Shown here piece by piece: positions 25,501-40,500 of a stretch of DNA of 64,000 nt. A program made the translations under genes and the position numbers. The notes under the pieces are model-generated. The model was not told the DNA's origin. It ran no database searches and saw only the letters and a program-made list of their open reading frames with translations. Source of the stretch: Raillietiella orientalis (taxonomy: Eukaryota); contig JAYWIR010000019.1 of the NCBI GenBank assembly GCA_036172245.1, forward strand, positions 620,001 to 684,000, written 5' to 3'. Numbering within the stretch: position 1 is the stretch's first letter; every line of letters starts with the position of its first letter.

Positions 25501-28500
25501 TGACTGGTCCCCTCGTGCACCCCCGTGAGGGATGAGGGGCTCTTCCCTGGCACTTCCCTTCAGCGCGCAGCTGCCCGCGGGGGCCGGAAGACCACTCCTG
25601 CTGCTCCCTTAAGAGGCCAGGAGCGCTGACCAGGGCCAACTAGGGGACCTCTGGCATCCTCCCCCACAGAGGAGGAAGAGGACGTCGGGAGCCGAGGGCA
25701 ACGCGCGCAGTGCGTCTCTCCTGCTCCGGGAGAGGCAGAAGGGTGCGGAGGGCGGGCAGGACGAAAGCAGGCGGACGCCTCACGAACGCCTGATCGAGTC
25801 GCTTCCGCGCCTCTCCGCTGGGCGGCGACAGCGGTGGCCTTCGCGGCGACGGGCTGACCGCCGTTTCTGCTTTTTCTTTCCATGAGATGAGGACGCAGCC
25901 TCCGCATCCGGAAGACCCTGCCGCCGAAGGAGCTTCCAGATTTCTCCTGGAAGGAGAGTCCCGTTCCAGGTAGGAAAGGGGGAAGTAAAGGAAACGCGAA
26001 AGGCATCTGGCGCTTTCCTTTGCCTTTCCGGGGCATCGGGGCGTTTCCAAAGGGCCCCGGGGCGAGTCGATCCGAGCTCTCGGGAGTCTTGGAGCCGAAG
26101 CTTTGCTTCCCGCTGCCCGTCCGCGCACGGTTGTCGCGGACACGCGCTCTCCTCACCGACGCTGCGTCCCTTCCTGGGGGCTCCCGGGAAACCGCTCTCC
26201 CCCCCCCCCTCTTCCCTTCCGGCGAGGGCACAGAGGTGGCGGCGTCTCCTTGGTAAGAAGAGCGGACGAGGAATTCCCTCCCGGCAGCAGGAGAGACTCC
26301 GTCCGTTCCGCGCCTCCACGCAACCTCCTCTCCGCGCGGACCTTGACGCTCCGTTGCCAAGGAGCATCTCCTCCTCCTCCTCCTCTTCTTCATCACCAGC
26401 GCTGCCATCTCTTCCTCTTCCTTTCTTCCACCCCCTCCTCCCCCTCGTCTTCCTCCCTTCCTTGGAATGGAAGGAAAGGGGATGCCCTTTCCTTCCATCT
26501 CTTCATCCCTCCTCCCTTCCTCCTCCTTTTCCTTGCTCCTCCTTCCTTCCTTTCTCTTCCCTTCCTTCTCCTCCTGCTTTCTTCCTTCCTTCTTTTTTCT
26601 GCCCGTCACGCGGTCTCACAAGAGGCTGGGAGGGAGTGACGCAGGGAGGTCCAGCTGGCGGAAACCCGCAGTACCCGATCTTTCCGGATGAGGAAGGCTC
26701 TGCGGGGTGGAAGCCCGGAAGGTCCTGGTCGCTCGCCCGTGCGCTGCCGTCGCCTGGGGCTCGTCAGGCTCTGTCAGTAGCACCACCGCCCGTTGCGCCC
26801 TGAATACCCCTTTGTCTCCTGCCTGCGCCTCGGGAGACGGCGGCCACGTACCCTCTCGCTGTGAGTTCTCGAAAGCCGGGAAGGAAGGAGAGGCGGAGGA
26901 GGATCAAAGAGGAAACTTCCGGCCTTGGGAGGAGACGCGCGGGCGCCTGCCTCCGCAGCAATCGATCTCCACCGTCTCTCCCGCGGGCGACCTCGCCGCG
27001 CCTCCCTGGCAACGAGTACCTGTCCGGAGACGGCGGCGGCATGAGACCGCCCAAGTCCGTGACAGCGCCGCTCGCGCGCCGGAAGTTGTCGTCAGGATGG
27101 AGCGTGCGATGTCCGCTTTCCATCTCGGAGGGATTCGCTGATGGAGGGGGGTTCCTGTCGGAGTTTTACCGCCTCCCCCTTTCCACGGCAGATTCCCCTT
27201 CCTTCCCTGGGGCGGTGCCAAACAGCGCGCGAGAGCCCACGCGCTCACATCCGTCAGGTTGACCCCACCGTGTGATCACCGGACGCGGCTGTGAAGGGCG
27301 CGCGTGCACCAACTTTCTCAAGGAGAGAGCGTGCTCCGGCTTTTGCGAACGCCCCCCCCCCCCTCCTCGATTGGCGCACAGAGTAGCCGGCAGGCGGAGG
27401 AGGCGAAGAGGTGGTTTGTCCGTCTCTGTTGCGGTCGCGGGCCGCAAAGGCGCCCCATGCCTTTGCGGCCCGCAAAGTTCGGACGCGTTCGAGTGCGAAT
27501 CGTGCCAACTGGCGCCTGCGCGTGAGCGAGCGGCGGAGGGACGCAACTTCCGCCCGACGGGTCTCCCGAAAGGACGAGGTCTCGCACCCAAGGCGGATGG
27601 GGCTATCGACTGCAGCGCGATCGCTCCCGCACGCGCAGGTCCCACGAGTTGACCGGCTCTGCATCGCCCCACCGGGTGGCGAAGACTCGGGAGAGAGAGT
27701 CCTACGTGGGCGCGCGCGCGCCTGCCCTCCTCCCCCCCTCCCCCTCCCCGTTGGGACCGAACGCGTGTGCCCTCCTCACCTCTTTCCCGCGTCTCCCTCC
27801 CCTGCAAGACGGGAAGCAACTTCTTTCCTCCGCCGGGAGCACGAGAGCACGATCCTCTGCTTGCTGCAGAGGGGTGGTGCAGGCGCAGGCAAGAGGCAAC
27901 CTAGCACCTTCCTTCGCCAAAACGGAATCCCGGATGCTCGAAAACGCGGTCCGGATGCTGCATGATTCTGGACGACCGGCAGGCTCGGAGCCCGGGAGAT
28001 TTCCAGGCGCGCCCGTTCGAGCCTCGCCGTACCGGCATGCGCTCGCCATCCGTGTCGGACCATCATCACTCTCTTCACCGGCACACATCTCATTTTCGAT
28101 TTGCTTTTTTTTTTTTTATATATTTTCTGGCTTCCTCCCTCCTCCCTCGATTCATCACGAAGTCTCCGTCTGAGATTTTTCCGCCTTCCTTTCCTTTCAG
28201 AAGCCAAGCAGACAGAACGGCAGAGATGCTGAAGGACCAGGTGAATTCTGTATCGCTTTGCATCAGCTGTGGAGATGATCTCTCCAAACCCAAATACGTT
28301 TTTGGAAAAGGTAATTCTTCCTTTCCTTCCGTTTTCCCTTTTCCTAACTTGAAAGATGCTTTTCCGACAATCTTCCCTTTGTTTGGCTGTTTGCTTGGTT
28401 AGTTTCTTTTTTTTCTTTATAGTTTTCAAAGGACCCTCGGAGTGCTTTCGACTCGTTTCCCATTTCGGTTACAAAGATTTGCATTTTTTTTTTTTTTTTG

Positions 28501-29175
28501 TTTCCCCATCATACAAACTCTCGCGAAGTCGTCCCGCGGGTAACTTTGTGTGCATTTACCTGCATTATACTGGTGCACATCCTCCGTCAAGATGTTCACG
28601 CAGAGGCGGGTGTTTCTCCTTTTCCCTTCCCGCGGAACGGGAAGCTGGCATTCGGTGCAAGCGTTACGTCAAGGGGAGGGGATGTCTGGACCGGTTGCGA
28701 ATGCCGCCATCTTGGGACCCTCAGAAACTTCTAGATGCTCGTTCAACAATGGTTGCGCTTAGGACTCGCTGTGGCTGCTACGGGGACGCAGCCGTGCTAG
28801 GCTTAAGGTTTTTTTACGAAAATCGATTCATGTAGGCACGAAAATTCCTGGTTAAGTGGTTTCTTCGCGGAGATTTTCACATGTGCAACTTCTGGCACGA
28901 AAGGTGAAGTTTCCTTTTTTTTTTTTTTTTTTCATTTTGAATGTGCTTGTCAACTACGCGGTGGTACGTCTTCGAAGCACATTTTGATTTCTAATTACAA
29001 ATGGAAACACACGTAAAAAGTTTGGCTGGTGATTATATGTGCAATGCAGCAAACATTGATAGTCACGCGAATCATACTCATAATTTACTATCACCTAATT
29101 GATTTCCTTTCCAAGTAGTTGCATTAGGAAAATGCAACTTTAGTTGCACAAAAGTGAAAGAGAGGAAGGGGGAGG

Positions 29176-29207
<32 letters not shown>

Positions 29208-31562
29208 AAAAACATGCCCCAGCAAAAATCGCTTTGAAATTGTTCAATTTCAGTCTGCCCGAAAAAACGCACAGCATCGGAAAGAGCCGATCCGGAGTCA
29301 CAGGAATTCCTGGTTCTGTTTCAGCATGGATTACCTGAACGCCCTTCTCTTGAAAATAAGGTAAATCGTGCGTTGCTGTGGTTGCATGGGAGAAAGTGAT
29401 CGAATTTCCCGATTCCGTGAGATCCAGCAGTCTGTGGTGTGAGAACCCCTCGCGCGATCGGAGATCCGACCAGCCCGTTGTAATCTCTTGTTGCCATGCT
29501 TCTACTGCCTGACAACACAAGGCAGCACTGCTGTGGGCGGCACAGACGGAACTGCATCTCTCAATCGTTAGCGAAAATGTGGACGTCTCATTTAAAAAAA
29601 AAAAATCTGCATGCAAAAAAAGTGATGGAAGCCTCTTCTTTAGCTGGCAACATTCAGGCGGTTTAGACCGTGGAGAATTCTCTGGGATTGATGGTAGCGA
29701 GGTCAACTCTGACATAGCGTTTCCGCATCTTGAGACAGTAGGATTACGATTTGCGGTTTCAATATCTGAAAGCTGCTAATACGAACCATTTGACGCAAAC
29801 GTATCACACATTCTTCATTGAATGCACCAAAGGAAACTCGTCACGAGGCCATAATGATCGAAATAACACCCCTGGAGGTGTCCGAGATATATTCTTTCAT
29901 GTGCTGGCATTCCGGGCTTTTAGATTCTTACTCGTGTGCAGCAAATAATTTCACTTATGTAAGCCACCACTAATTAAATTGAAAAGAGGTTGCAGAAGCC
30001 GAAGTAAATCTCCAAGCCAGAAATGAATTTAAAGGATCTGAATGAATACTTGTGGATTTTCACAATGCATTTTCTTTTGTTAGTTTCACTGCTACCAATA
30101 TGTTCACTCTGCGAGTCCAATTTCCTCTTCCTGTTTATCTCCTTTTATAACGGCATTTGCTTTTTATTGCGAATGATTTGTTATCTCCTTCACTACATAA
30201 TATGCATTTTATGTTCTTAAAGTGTGATTTCTCATTAGTTAGTGGATTGTGATTTCAGAATTGTTTGTTTCACAATCCATGTATTCTTCAGGGGAATGTA
30301 AATCCAAAGAGCAGAATAGTAGCATTATAAATTCGCCTTCATGTCATTCCATAAGTGGCATAATAATTTCAGTGAGAGAAAAATTGGTCTTCCTGGATGA
30401 GAGCACGGAGAAATCTGTTTCCAGACTTGCTCAGTGGCAATGTGCACTGTGATAGAACGTCTTATTTTGTCAATGACCTGAAATTTCACAAAGCTTCAAA
30501 ATCTTAGGAGCAATTGCTGTTGTTGTCCTTTTTTTGTTTTTTGTTTTGAAAAAAAGGTAAGAAAGAAAAAAAAAGAAAAAAAAAACATAAGCGTGATACC
30601 AGAAGACTTCGATAAAAATACGACGATGTAAGCATGACAAAGGGGACTGCGTTTGGGACTACTTTTTTCAAGTAAATAAGCAGACGTCTGCAAAGTCACA
30701 ACTTCCAGTCACAGGTTCCAGAACGAGTTGTGATGGATCTTGCATCGCTCCGAGTGAAACACTTTGAGACGGAAGATAAAATAAACCATCATAAAACAAA
30801 ACGAAACTCGAAAGCATGCAATATCTAACACGGAAAGAAGGGAGAGGAAAGGAAGACCATCTTCGTGGAATGTGGTTAACGTCACGTATTTCAGCGAGGA
30901 AGTTTGGTGAACACACATGTAGCCAATGCCTTCTTCTGGCCTTGTTCCTTGTTGCAAGTTAAATCCTCTATTCTCTACTTGCTGTTTCAATTCAAGAATT
31001 CATGATTTCTTTCACCCATTCGAAAATAAAATAAAAAGAGAATGAGCGAGAAATGTAGCCCTTGTTGGAGAATTGAGCTTGAAGAGCATCAGTAAACAAA
31101 GCATTGCATATGCATGTTTTTTTTTTTTTTTTGCAGGCTAATTTTTTCGTTTTTTTTCCAATGTGTTCGAATATTATACCTTTTATTACAAAGTAAAGTA
31201 ATGATTGTACGTGGAAACAGTTCATTCTAAGAAAACAAATGGATTGCAGTTCATTCGCTGCTATCAGTGTCCCGGAATTTTCGAGCACACTTTTCAGTAG
31301 CTACCAGAATATTAATAACTTATTTTCAAGATATCCGAGGATACATATGAAAACAGCAGTTATCAAATCGTGAATTTCTTTGTATGCACTCAGGCAGCTC
31401 TCCAGACCAGTATTCGTATGACCTTGAAATACAGGAATGATAATTCGCTTTTAACCAAAATTTTTTTGCCTTCATTATCTGTTACTTCTTGATTTTCGAG
31501 ATTGGTGATTACATTTTCTTAAGATATGGTATGTACACTTCTTGCTCTCTCTCTTCGACCAG

Positions 31563-31593
<31 letters not shown>

Positions 31594-34500
31594 GCATTCT
31601 GGCGGAATTCAGTACTTTATCGAACTCGTCCCAACCCTTATTCACGAGAACAACCCTAAAATAAAATAACCATCACTTTAAGGATATTTAAATCTCGACG
31701 TTGCTGCTGCTGTTGTTGTTGCTGCTATTTCCCCTCGAAAGAAAGAGTTGAATCAATTAGATGTATCGAGAAGGCCGGGAATAGATCCTGGCGATGCGCC
31801 AAAGTTGCGTATTTGATTTTCGCTTCGCCGCTAGAATTCGGCAGTTGCGATAAATGCCTTTGGGTGAGCGAGTGCGAGGCGAAGTGGCCATGCGAGCTTC
31901 AAAAAAGTGTGCATTTGAGTGAATAATCAACTCTGTAAGTTGTGCCTTGTTCATTAACATTACCAGTATGTTGGAAGCTCAGAATGCAAAATCGTAATGT
32001 TATGTTCATGACGCACGAAACATTAAGTTGCGTTTGTTTATAAGTTTAAGTGGAATGTCCAAGCGTTTTGCATCTTTATGGTTATTAGCATTCCGTTACG
32101 GGGCATCGTGACTTGTCGTCAAGTATACTTTGTTCTAGCGCAGTGGTTTATCCCCTGTTGTGGAAAAATACGCCAGGTTTCAACTTTTGTTTTGCCGTGA
32201 TTGTGAATCAGAGGGCTTCCATTTGCCTGCTTTGAGGGTTTCCTCGTTAAAACGGATTGTATAGGGGACTTTCGCAAGTACAATTTTGTTTTTAAAACCA
32301 GGCGTTCTAGAAGAGGTTCGAACGCAGTGCTTTCGATTACAAATCTTTCTTTCATACCACCTGATCCACACTTGACATTCGTAATGCACCTCGTATGTGC
32401 AGGAAGTGATCCACCTTAACGCTTATGTTTTTATTGAATATTGTAATTGTGTACCCCTGTCCGGTTATATATATATTTTTTGCCAGTCTTCTTTGGCACT
32501 CCTGTTTAGTCTGCATCCGTGCCATGGTCACTAGGGAGCAAGTGTGTGCTTAACAAAATAAATATATGTAGAAAGCTACATTTAGAGCTTTGCTTTCCTG
32601 TTCAAATTCTTATTTAAAGGCTTTGTGTGATTTACCATCTATTTTGTTTTCTTAGTAGATTATTTTCTAATCATTGATCGATCAGGAGTTTAGTTTTCAG
32701 CTGTTATTCACTCTTATGTAAAGTTATCAAACGTCAGCAGCGACAACTTTGATGCTTATTCACATTACTTAAAGTACAATGGAATGATAATCAGCACTCA
32801 ACAGGAGCTATGCCACACTTTGTTTCATGAAGAGGATTGTAATGTTGATGTATTTACTATTGTGATGCACACAGGAAACGAACACAAACAATGGACAGGA
32901 AGTGTGCGAAATCCCTGCAATAGGATGCGGACTCATTTACTTTCCAGATATGTTGCAAGGAATACATATCACATATCTTTTCGTTTCAATAAAAGGTGGT
33001 ATGTAAACACTGTGTACATTTTTGTTCCCGTTCCCTTTATTGTGATTATTTAAATTTACTTACTGCGAACAACAACAACAACAACTATAGTACGGTAATG
33101 ATATAATAAAGCAGAAAAGAAATGTTGCCTTGATGTGTTGAATCGAGAGTATGATGAAACTAGAAGAAGAAGAAGAAGAAAAAAAAAAAAAAACTGAGCT
33201 AACAAAAATACCAAGAGATTGGTGTCATTTTATTCTAGCAATTTTCACGTTAAAAACTGTACAAAATAAACGTAAGGTACGGAAAATGCACGTTTCCGAA
33301 TCTGCAAACTTATCTGCATATCATTTTATATACATATGCATGTATACATGCAAACATGCATACATACATACATACATACATGTGTACCTACAATACGTAC
33401 TGATGGTCAGAAGAAGAGAATACAAGATATACTTATATCTGAAACCAAAGAAAGCCATAAGTATAACTTGGGATATGAATTTGCACACCCAATGGAAAAG
33501 AAAAAAAACGTGTTTGAAATATTCTTTTAGTGGCTACTGTTTTGAGGCAAGCATCAATCAATAAATAATCTAATAAATACCAAATAGCAAGAAATGATGA
33601 AGAATAAACTGACCATATAGGAGCATTTGTGCTAACAGGAATTGCATAGCAGAACAAATATGTTGATACATGCATTTGGTTGGTGTATGAGATTTCCGTG
33701 CGATTTCTGTGAACTCTGCAGGTGACGGGGTCCGTCACTTCAATCTGAAGCCTTAAGCAAAAGAACGAAGATCACGAAAAAATTCTGGCAGTTATTGGAT
33801 TCGATTTTGTACGTGGTGTACCTTTTCCAAAGGCATGAAAATATTCTGGAGCATTTAAGATGTGGCACACATGCGAAATGAAAGCATTCACATTCGGGCC
33901 GGTTTTCTAACACTGTCTTCAAGTTATTTCACGAAAGATCAAGTTATGGAATAGACAGCACATGAGCACATGTTCAAGTTTGGGATTATTCACCGCTTCT
34001 TAAGGTAGAATGTCCACATTAGGAGGTCGCTTCTCAATGAAATACAGTTTCCAGACAAAATAAGCACAGTAGTAAAGACCCACCGTTCTCGTTCTTGTCC
34101 GTTAATGACGAAAAAATGCATTATATGAGAGCTGTGTTGTGAGCCACCTGTGCAAAGTTTAATCATGGCAGTCCTTTGTTTTGGATGTCTGAGGGCTTCA
34201 GCACTTCACAGCCTGCACGTTTCCTTTTTACTCTACACTGATACCCAGACTATCTTATTGCAACCAGATTTAAATTAAGTTCAAGGTGTTGAAAGGGATG
34301 TTGAGGATTATTTGAATTGCATCTCAGAGTATGCAGTATAGCACACGATATCCTTGTTCCCATCAGCTGCGAGCTCAAATACAAAAGGTAAGTATTCCTC
34401 AGTGAGAATAGGTTGCTGCCCCCTATCTTGATTAAAAACGTAAAACGATTGCGGGCATGTGCCATCTACCATTTACGGTTTGTATTCCAAGTTGGTTCTT

Positions 34501-37500
34501 TACGGAACTGCAAATCTTTGTATTTTTGCGTCTGAGAATGTGAATTATATAAAGCAAATATAAATGCTGAATAAACAAGTAAATGAAGTTAAGGGTGTAC
34601 GAAAGTTCTCCATTCGTACAGGCGAAGTGCTCTTCAAAACTGACGGGCAGTCGCTGTTGCTTCAGCATGGAATTAGAAATTGAAGGTGGCGAATTCGTAT
34701 CGGTTAAAATCTTGTAAAATGTATACACGTGAATGAAACATGCGCGACACATGGAATATGGACTGCCCAAGATTGGAAGACAGTTTGTAGTTCTTGCTCT
34801 ACATAAAGCAAAACTGGTTCAGGAGTGTTTGAATCCGTATCCTTATTATGAAAGCAGAACATACGTTTTTGAAAATAATTTTTGGTCCTTTGACATTTAT
34901 CCCAGTGTAGGGCAGTTCCGTCATTCTCTGATGTGTTTGTGTCAGAAAGGTTGTGGGCCGAAGATTGAAATTCTGTCCGTATACCTTATCTCATTTAGAT
35001 GCATTTCTCTTTTTCGAACATTACATGAGCACAATCTGTGAATCTGTTCTCCATGATAAGGATTTGCCAGTGACGTTCACCTGCTGCTGCTCCGTGTTCG
35101 ATCTCTTTTGTTTCAGATACATGCCTGGAACACATGTGATGTTTCCTGTCTCATCTAATTTCCGCTTATTCGCGTTTCTTTGCTTCGGATTGTGCCTTGT
35201 ATGAATTACACTCCTCATACTGGATAAGCATTTTGATGAGTGGATAATCATTTTATTTCGTTCCTTCGAATTTGCAATTTGCAAAGGTTTTAGCAACTAA
35301 CAGAAACACTAATTGATCTCACAATTCCTGCATTTCATAACTGAATATGTGATTCATTTCATTTCTTTCCTGGAACTTTAATTCGGAATTCTCGATACGT
35401 GTGCTCTTATAAAAAATTCTGTGAACTTTGATGACTTTGATAATTGGTCCCATCATCAAGTATATTGTCATCTACAATTTTGTGTCAAGATTTTCGTCCT
35501 GACCCCTTAATTTGATTTTGTGATTTCAATACTCTCAGAAGGTGACTTCTCCGCTCTAAGTTGCATCTGATTTTGATTTTCTTGCATATCATTTGTTACT
35601 TAATTTTTCTTGTTCAACAGAATGGTGTTGTTTTAAACGCTAATTGACGCTCTGCACGACTTTCGCACTAAAAGGGATGAAGTATATTTAATGTGCGATT
35701 AAACATTTTCTGGAGCAGCATATGCAGAATTTAAGAATCTTACATCTCGGCTAGCAATGACGTTTATGCGTTTCCAGTCTTCATTTCGTTTCTGCTGTTT
35801 CCAGAACATACGATCGCAGTTCTTCACCGAAACACTGTTTCCCTGGACCAGCATCTACTGTTTTCATTCAGATACATGTACTATTTCTTTAAGGAAATAA
35901 TCTAAACTTGGAACAAAATAATAATTAGAGTTTGATGTATATGTTCTCATTACAAGTTCATTTGTTTTATCAATTTCGTATTCATTCTACATGCTTTTAC
36001 CGATTTTTTTCTCCCCCCCTTTTTTTTTTTTATAAAGAATTAAAGTAATTACATGTCTCTGCGGTAAAAGCTTTCACGACTAGCAAATCTGCACACAGTG
36101 AGGTGCCGGGAATTAGCTGTAATTTTGCATAGCAGTCACTTTTTGCTGTCATTGCCATGCCGCTTTAAATTTGTGAATGCAGAAATTCTCAGTGGACTTT
36201 GCTCTCAAGGATATACCTTGCTGATTTTTAATTTTCTTTAACGACTACCACTCTCAGGTGGTGTGCACTCGCTGCTGTTTACACAGTGGGAGCGATTTCT
36301 TTGAAGTCTGCTCGCAGTTCTGAATGTTCGCAAATGTTCCTTCGATAGTCTCCGTTTTTGATTTTCTGTACATTTGCATTGATTTTTCAGTACAAGAGGT
36401 ACTGCTGCAGTTTTCAAGTTTGAATTCGTGAAAAAATTAATGCTTTGGAATATGAATTCAAATGCCATTTTATTTTTAGCATTATTTCCACCCCGTGTTC
36501 AAAATGATTTGGTTTTTAAATGATTTCACATCACTTTTTTGAACGCTTTTCCTCCGTTCCTTATGTTAATTCCGCGATTCGGAATTTCATGTCTGTACAA
36601 CATGTGAAACTCGGCACTCTTGAATCGGCTTTCCTCCCAAATTTCTTTTCTGTTGTTTTCTAAAAATAAGGGACCAAATCATCTTGCTTAATGCACTATT
36701 TAGTCCACGTTAAATCTGACTGATAGTTCGTACTGCTATCAGTAAATTGAAAAGATATGGATAACTTATGTTTGTGACACGGTATTTGTGCATAGCAAAA
36801 GCGTGTTTATTTTCACATCCTTGTTTAAATATATGGACGGGTGATCGATCGCTTTCTGGCGAAAAACTCATTTGATTTGTTCACAGACTCCGTTTTCTAA
36901 TGGCCGGAAATGAATAACTAATACAGAAAATAGCTTAACTGATTCCGAGAGACAATCTGGTGTTTCTTTACGATTGTTTTTCTAAAGGATGCTCCAGGAC
37001 AGAATTGCGGTTAGTTACTTTGAGAAGAGCGAAGTTATCTAGATAAGTACTGGGGGGAACAGAAGCAATCATTTCTTCTCTTTACGAAAGCATCCTGTGG
37101 TTATATGATGCCATCTTGTGATCTTCTTGGCTTGGATATTTTCAGAGTAGGAAAGCTGGAGAGACATTTAATTATGCGTAGCTATAATCATAAAATGGGA
37201 TCCGTGATTGAGATCTTTGAGTCAGCTTCCTAAAAATGCATGGTTGTTTGAGTTATGATGGACTTTCAGCCGCTGTGCATTTTGAGATTGTGAAACGCGA
37301 CTGGTAGCAGAGACTGACATACCTACGAAATGCGTGCAATAAAATCTTGAGGTGCGCCTGTTTTGGTTTTCTAGTTGGTGTCATTCCCTTCAAAGCATTT
37401 TCCTTAAAATCCGCGCCATTTTCAAATGACTGTGATAAGGAGAGTTGGTCATTCTGCTAGTTGGGTCAAGGATGGTTCAGTTTTCCCGGTTTAACATGAT

Positions 37501-40500
37501 TTCACTTTCGTGCCTTACGTGTTGTAAATTATGCTAAAAAGCGGGTGCAGTTATTGAAAAGCAATATGGCATGAGATGAAAGTTGTTAAAATACTGCATG
37601 TGTTCAAAGAGTGAATTTAGCTTGGAAATCAGCGAGCATCGGAAAATGTCGATGAGTCTGTATCCTGTGTTTAAGATCGGATAAATCAGATGAAGAGCAT
37701 GCTAATGACTAAAATAAAAAACAGTAACGCGTTGGAAGCTGTTTCGAAGATGTATCAAGTAGATAGTGTAATATTCGTAAAGGAGTGTACATCTACCAAA
37801 ACTGGTGTTAAGGAAAACAAATTTTTTTGAAAGACTAAAAATTGCTATCGATCGACTGCTGTTGACACTGGTCTGCTGCCGTTATCCAGAATCTTCAGAG
37901 GCAGCCAGCATGCTTAATAGTCGGGAATTCGACCAGTTTATGGAGCTTGATTCCATAAATTGGTTCTGGAATCATATTATAAACTTCGAAGTCTCATGAT
38001 TTGGTAAAAGGAAACAACCAGCAATAACTGACAAAAGTGAAAGTAGATTCCAGTTTTTAGATGTTTTTGTTTCATTTAGGAGTAGAAAATGAAATTAACG
38101 TTCAGTGTAATGTCTTGGGGGGGAAAAAAAAATGTACATCACATTCGTTATTGTAAAGTAAAAAGATATTTACATTCAAGGGATATGACAATGTTTCAAA
38201 AAAGAAGCACTGTCGTATTCATTTTCAGGGAGTGGTCCAGAGAAACAGTCAGTGAGGAGAGCCTAAAAGAAAAGTAAGGCTTTTCTTTTGTACCTTCTTC
38301 TGTTTCCACAGTATGTTGGTCGCATTCTGAAATTTAAATAATTGGTCAATTTTAATCCTTGGAAAGACCGACTGAAAAATTTTCGAATCAAGTCATATTT
38401 CAGAATTCTTCGTTTGCGTAATTGACGTTTCTTTGAACAGAGAGCGTCGTGGAAGATTTTTCAATCGGACTTTAAAACTCGCTGTTCTTTCGTCGGTTGC
38501 AGAGGCAAATCGCTGTAGAGAGAAATTTTATTTCGCATGGGATATGCGTGTCTTGTAGTGTGCGCTGCTGCAGCATCCTTGCAGCTATTGTGCGTAGTAT
38601 GGTGGATGCTTGCAAAGTTCATTTTTTTTTTCAGTAAAAATTCCCAGTTGAGTTGATGGAAATCACTGTTAGATTCTAGGTATTTAATCACTGAGCGTAA
38701 ATACTCAAATGTATGAGTCTGGATGAATGGACAGGAAATCTAAACGTCGTAAGGAACAGACAGCCATTTGTTGAATTCTTAATTTATTCATAATTCATTT
38801 TTGGACATCTGAATGTTCGACTTATTTAGGTGAGCTTGAAAGACGAATAGATAACCATCCGAATGATAGGTAGACATGCTATCATTTTGTGTTATGATTT
38901 TATGTGCATTTGGTGATAAGATAAAGTAGAAATAATCATGTAGGACAATTCCTACATGATTACTTTTCTTGTGGTGAATTACAGTCTGAGGGCACCTGTG
39001 ACATGTTAATGTTACAAGTCCCTCATGGTTAAATTCCTGCTTGTGAAAGCAAGGAAAACCATGGAAACCCGTAGAGAAAGACATGGAAAACTGCTGCATC
39101 ACATAGATGGTTCGGCCAAAACTAGTCTCAATCACCGAAACGAGAACTTCAAACCTTCAAGCTAGACTTCGTTTGTCAGTCTGCTCACGATTATAAATTT
39201 CTATTTCAAAGGCTGCATTTGAAAAGAATCGGAGATGCGGGATCCCACATTAATGGGGGAGTGTTATTCATGATACATGCATCCCATTCGGGAAAGATTG
39301 TGATATTTTGAGAGAGAGTACATACACTTCACGTCTTGTCAGACGCTAAGCATGAAGTCTTAGAAGATCAAGTCGTGTTCTGTCTTTAGAGTATGACTGG
39401 TACTTGGGTGCGCATTCGCAACGCCATAAGTTTTCTTACCTGTTTTTGGTTCTCATTTCATTCTCTCAAGCGGAAAAATATACATATACGCTCATGCAAA
39501 TTTGACGATCACACAGGAAGTTCAGAGAGATATCGATAGCTAATGAAAACATCTGATCTATAATACGGGAGACCATTTCGTTAAAATCAGTTTTCTTACA
39601 TTAAGATAAATTCATTTCGATCAAGGAATTCTCTGAGGTCTGTGCTGTGTTGATGGTTTTCAAATGCTTAGGAAAAAGCTTTGCTACAGGTAAGTGCTGG
39701 ATGCCGAAGAATACTGCTACCAAATCTCTACATTCGGAAAGTTGTTTTCCAGGATTTTAAAACAAAATTACTAAAGGAATAAATACCAAAGAATTTCAGC
39801 TGTTCTCTGAAAATATGTTCAAGAGCTCCCAGTCAACTTTCCGTTGTTCTGGCGAAGAACGAGGTATTTACTGATTACTTTTCTTCAAGATGCGAAACAA
39901 AGGCATCGCGATTTGAAGATTGAGGAACGCATGAAAAGAATGATTTGGAATTCATTCGTGTCCATCAAATTTATCGACATTAAGCTAGGTCCCAACACTC
40001 TCCTTTTTTATAGATTCTAACGACGATAGATTTGATTAGGAAGAGCAGAACTGTGAGAAGCTGAAATCGATTGTGACCGAGACACGAGATTTCATTGAAT
40101 ACTTGTAAGTAGTAAAAAGCCTTGTTAGTGTTCTTCGTATCTCCCCGTCGCAGAAATCGGAAATAAAAGAGTGTTGGAAATAGGACAATGTATTCACTCA
40201 TTTCACTCCTGGGCAACAACCTCAGATCTTGCAGGGACGTAACATAGGGAGCGTGAGAGGAATTTTGAAAATATTGCGTGAAGTAAATGCGAATGTGATC
40301 GTGATCACCTTAGTGTCTCTGGAGTTTGGTTTAATGAAATCCTACATTATCTTGTTCTCATCTGTGGAATTTGAATTTGAGTCACGAGTCGGAAGAGAAG
40401 TACAGCAGAGAGAAGGACCAATTTGAAAGTTTTTGCGATTTGAAAATGAAATGCCATTTGAAATGAGACGAAATCTGCACGAATTTGGAGTCTTTACTGA

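Noticed and set aside
25900..26060. 'DFSWK...IWRFPLPFRGIGAFP' resembling the LINE RT C-terminal GGLG region
   Set aside because: Too degenerate to support without a profile search.
16362..28162. Shared 18-mer CCCTCGATTCATCACGAA at ~16362 and ~28145
   Set aside because: Flanks diverge quickly; probably a fragment of a dispersed repeat or chance.
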